Of a DNA stretch of 64,000 bases, positions 60,954-64,000 are shown piece by piece. A model generated the notes under the pieces. The model searched no databases, was not told the origin of the DNA, and worked only from the letters and a program-made list of their open reading frames with translations. The DNA comes from Candidatus Cloacimonadales bacterium (GTDB lineage Bacteria; Cloacimonadota; Cloacimonadia; Cloacimonadales; DAONDQ01). The DNA lies in the NCBI GenBank assembly GCA_963662275.1, contig OY759316.1, positions 1,376,001 through 1,440,000 of the forward strand. Direction: 5' to 3'. Position 1 is the first letter of the stretch; the number at the start of each line of letters is the position of its first letter. The position numbers and the translations under genes are program-made.

Positions 60954-61449
60954 TCCCCTCCCATTTGTAAAGGGAGGGGTCGGGGGAGAGCTAGTTCTTT
61001 ATATTTCCATCACATCATCAGGCTTTTCAATTAAACAATACAGATGTTCTAAAACCACATCCATATTTATCATTACATCAAAATTAGTAAATCTGATCAC
61101 CCTGATTCCGAGATTTTCAAAATACTCGGTTCTCTTGTGGTCATATTCCCTATTAGTTTCCTCAAAATGTTGACTTCCATCAAGTTCAATCACTATTTTC
61201 TTTTCCGGGCAACAGAAATCAGCAATATAATTTCCAATACCTTGTTGTCGATAGAATTTCAAATTCTGGAAGCGTTTATTCCGCAATCGCCCCCATAATT
61301 TCTTTTCTGCATCTGTCTTTTCTTTTCGTAGATGAATCCGGTTATCTTTTGTTGATTTTCGGTTTATTGTTTTCATTATGTCCTCCGAAAATATGCATCA
61401 GAGCAGAACTAGCTCTCCCCTAACCCCTCCCTTTACAAATGGGAGGGGA
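60954..61449. mobile_element. Candidate mobile unit: DUF559 gene between 45-bp hairpin-containing inverted repeats
   Basis: 60954-60998 vs reverse complement of 61405-61449: 43/45 identical. Mobility is inferred. Confidence 0.55.
60999..61376 (-). CDS. DUF559 (Vsr-like PD-(D/E)XK) endonuclease domain protein
   Basis: LRK..TDAEKKLW..LR, KFYRQ, YIADF, IELDGSQH, YD..RT, VIRFTN; GGAGGA RBS. Confidence 0.93.
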   Translation of the reverse strand: MKTINRKSTKDNRIHLRKEKTDAEKKLWGRLRNKRFQNLKFYRQQGIGNYIADFCCPEKKIVIELDGSQHFEETNREYDHKRTEYFENLGIRVIRFTNFDVMINMDVVLEHLYCLIEKPDDVMEI

Positions 61450-61462
61450 ACCGGAAGAGAAT

Positions 61463-61528
61463 CTCTGCAATTTTTAATTTTTAATTTCTGCCCCTGTTAC
61501 CTGTTACCTGTTACCTGTAACCTTCTGC
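61463..61528 (-). repeat. Stacked heptamer arrays separated by GCAGA
   Basis: Minus strand: GCAGAAG GTTACAG (GTAACAG)x3 GG GCAGA (AATTAAA)x2 AATT GCAGAG; includes the mutase stop codon. Confidence 0.9.
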
Positions 61529-64000
61529 AAAGCTCGGTCATCATCACTTTAGCTGAATATGGCAGCACTGTTCCCGGTCCAAAGATGGCAGCAGCGCCGT
61601 GTTCTCTCAGGAATTCATAATCCTGGGCAGGAATCACTCCACCGACAACGACCATGATATCTTCTCTTCCCAACTTTTGAAGTTCTTCCATCAAAGCGGG
61701 GAGGAGGGTCTTATGTCCGGCTGCAAGGGAGCTCATACCTATAATATGCACATCATTCTCCACCGCTTGTTTGGCAGTTTCTTCCGGTGTCTGGAATAGC
61801 GGTCCGATATCCACATCGAATCCCATATCGGCGTAAGCAGTGGCAACGACCTTTGCCCCGCGGTCATGTCCGTCCTGACCCATCTTGGCGATGAGAATAC
61901 GCGGACGTCTTCCTTCCTCTTCAGCAAAAGCATCTGTCAAGGCACGGATTTCATCGAATTCAGACTTATTGGCATATTCGCTGCCATACACATTATTGAT
62001 GGTGCGAATTGTGGCTTTATGACGACCAAATATCTTTTCCATAGCGAACGATATCTCCCCTAATGTTGCCCTGGCTCGTGCTGCTTCAATGGAAAGCGCC
62101 AGGAGATTACCTTCACCTGTATCCGCAGCTTTGGTTATAGCTTCCAGACAGGCATCCACTTTAGATTGATCACGATTACTCTTTAATTCATGAAGCCGAC
62201 GTAATTGCGCTTCACGTACAGATGTATTATCAACTTCCAGGATTTCCATGGGTTGCTCTTTCTCTAAACGGTATTTATTCACACCGACGATCGTCTCGGC
62301 ACCGCTGTCTATATGTGCCTGGCGACGTGCAGCCGCTTCTTCAATTCTCATCTTGGGAAGTCCGGTTTCAATGGCTTTCGACATTCCGCCCAGTTCTTCC
62401 ACTTCCATAATATGATGCCAGCCACGTTTCATAATGGCATCGGTCAGGGCTTCCACATAATAAGAACCACCCCATGGATCCACGACTTTGCAGATACCCG
62501 TTTCATATTGAAGATACAACTGGGTGTTACGGGCAATACGAGCTGAGAAGTCTGTGGGAAGTGCGATGGCTTCATCCAGTGAATTGGTATGAAGTGACTG
62601 TGTATGTCCCAGCGTGGCAGCCAAAGCTTCCATGCAGGTACGGGTGATATTGTTGTAAGGATCCTGTTCTGTGAGGCTCCATCCTGAAGTTTGGGAATGA
62701 GTACGCAGAGCCATGGATTTCGGATCTTTCGGATTGAAATCTTTGATGAGCTTCGCCCAGATCACACGGGCAGCACGCAGCTTGGCGATTTCCATGAAGT
62801 AATTCATGCCTTCACCCCAGAAGAAGGAAAGACGAGGTGCGAAAGCATCGATGTCAATTCCTGCCTTGATTCCGGTACGAACGTATTCCAGTCCGTCAGC
62901 AAGCGTGTACGCCATTTCCAAATCAGCAGTTGCACCGGCTTCCTGCATATGATAACCGGAAATGCTGATGCTGTTGAACTTGGGCATATTCTTCGTCGTG
63001 AAACTGAATATATCCGCTATGATCTTCATGGAAGGTTCAGGCGGATAGATGTAGGTATTGCGCACCATGTATTCTTTTAAAATGTCATTTTGTATAGTTC
63101 CGATTAGTTTTTCCATGGAAACGCCCTGCTCTTCGGCAGCGACGATATAGAAGGCTAGTATTGGCAGCACTGCTCCGTTCATCGTCATGGAAACTGACAT
63201 CTGGTCTAAGGGAATGCCATCGAACAAGATCTTCATATCGAGGATGGAATCAATGGCTACACCCGCTTTACCCACGTCACCAATCACACGCGGATTGTCT
63301 GAATCATAGCCGCGATGTGTGGCAAGGTCGAAGGCAACGGACAAGCCTTTCTGTCCCATTGCAAGATTACGACGGTAGAAGGCATTCGATTCTTCTGCTG
63401 TGGAGAAGCCGGCATATTGTCGAATCGTCCAGGGCTTCTGGATGAACATGGAAGCATATGGTCCTCTCAGGAATGGCGGGATACCGGACATAAACTGCAA
63501 GTGCTGCAATACTTCCATATCCGCCTTCGTATAGAGCGGTTTCACATCTATCTGTTCATTCGTATGCCAGATAAGCTGATCGAATTTTTCCATCCTGTAC
63601 TTGAGCTGGGCAGCATCCTGCATACTCCAATGCATCAGTGTTTCATCAACTCCAGCATTAGCAAGATCTTCATCGAATTCAACTTCAAGTAGGGGAGACC
63701 CATGAGGCAATTCCTGCAATGCTGCTTTCTTCCATTCATTCAATGATTCATCTAATCCCCCCTTGGGGAGTGAATTGTCTAATCCCCCCTTGGGGAGTGA
63801 ATTGTCTAATCCCCCCTTGGGAAGTGAATTGTCTGCTCCCCCCTTGGGAAGTGAATTGTCTGCTCCCCCCTTGGGAAGTGAATTGTCTAATCCCCCCTTG
63901 GGAAGTGAATTGTCTAATCCCCCCTTGGGAAGGGGGGTAGGGGGGTCTATCCTCTCTGTCCTGTACGCTGTACGCTGTACGCTGTTCCCTTTTACCAACT
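61497..64000 (-). CDS. scpA: Methylmalonyl-CoA mutase, B12-binding large subunit (start probably beyond the right edge)
   Basis: [42 protein letters not shown] (B12 ligand), SSLAAGH; frame open to the window edge. Confidence 0.96.
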   Translation of the reverse strand, partial: LVKGNSVQRTAYRTERIDPPTPLPKGGLDNSLPKGGLDNSLPKGGADNSLPKGGADNSLPKGGLDNSLPKGGLDNSLPKGGLDESLNEWKKAALQELPHGSPLLEVEFDEDLANAGVDETLMHWSMQDAAQLKYRMEKFDQLIWHTNEQIDVKPLYTKADMEVLQHLQFMSGIPPFLRGPYASMFIQKPWTIRQYAGFSTAEESNAFYRRNLAMGQKGLSVAFDLATHRGYDSDNPRVIGDVGKAGVAIDSILDMKILFDGIPLDQMSVSMTMNGAVLPILAFYIVAAEEQGVSMEKLIGTIQNDILKEYMVRNTYIYPPEPSMKIIADIFSFTTKNMPKFNSISISGYHMQEAGATADLEMAYTLADGLEYVRTGIKAGIDIDAFAPRLSFFWGEGMNYFMEIAKLRAARVIWAKLIKDFNPKDPKSMALRTHSQTSGWSLTEQDPYNNITRTCMEALAATLGHTQSLHTNSLDEAIALPTDFSARIARNTQLYLQYETGICKVVDPWGGSYYVEALTDAIMKRGWHHIMEVEELGGMSKAIETGLPKMRIEEAAARRQAHIDSGAETIVGVNKYRLEKEQPMEILEVDNTSVREAQLRRLHELKSNRDQSKVDACLEAITKAADTGEGNLLALSIEAARARATLGEISFAMEKIFGRHKATIRTINNVYGSEYANKSEFDEIRALTDAFAEEEGRRPRILIAKMGQDGHDRGAKVVATAYADMGFDVDIGPLFQTPEETAKQAVENDVHIIGMSSLAAGHKTLLPALMEELQKLGREDIMVVVGGVIPAQDYEFLREHGAAAIFGPGTVLPYSAKVMMTELCRRLQVTGNR
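63751..63948. repeat. In-frame 27-bp tandem repeat (six full units plus a seventh ending in a C/G hairpin)
   Basis: TCT[AA/GC]TCCCCCCTTGGG[G/A]AGTGAATTG; encodes (LPKGG[L/A]DNS)n. Confidence 0.95.
63955..63989 (-). repeat. Heptamer array GGAACAG (CGTACAG)x3, the same units as at 41619
   Basis: Direct inspection. Confidence 0.85.

Noticed and set aside
63751..63948. CRISPR array
   Set aside because: Head-to-tail 27-bp tandem repeat with no spacers, inside an open frame.

Overview
A 64-kb, AT-rich bacterial chromosomal window. The secreted-protein style suggests Candidatus Cloacimonadota or a similar anaerobic Gram-negative lineage (inference only). From left to right it holds: a partial secreted beta-helix protein; a candidate structured ncRNA; an ion/ammonium cluster (two CPA2 antiporter-PTS EIIA fusions, Amt and a Rhesus-type channel, no PII gene); PAP2, ferritin-like and TauE genes; a 2743-aa repetitive surface protein; an accessory/defence region (HEPN-MNT, a type II R-M pair, a degenerate PmeII/EcoO109I-like nuclease, a frameshifted McrA-like HNH, IS1182, a PIN module, SRPBCC, GNAT, TetR genes); a TetR-TolC-MFP-RND operon; housekeeping genes (sppA, rne/rng, rplU, rpmA, glmS); ABC transporters; and meaB plus methylmalonyl-CoA mutase. 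The most unusual signal is non-coding. (i) A DUF559 nuclease gene is bracketed by a 45-bp hairpin-containing inverted repeat, and relatives of that repeat occur elsewhere, including amplified in-frame inside the mutase ORF. (ii) Heptamer tandem arrays, mostly bounded by GCAGA, sit at gene 3' ends in sense orientation and supply several stop codons. (iii) Intergenic mosaics of diverse GTAG/GTGG REP-like hairpins show compensatory base changes. No CRISPR array, rRNA or tRNA was found.
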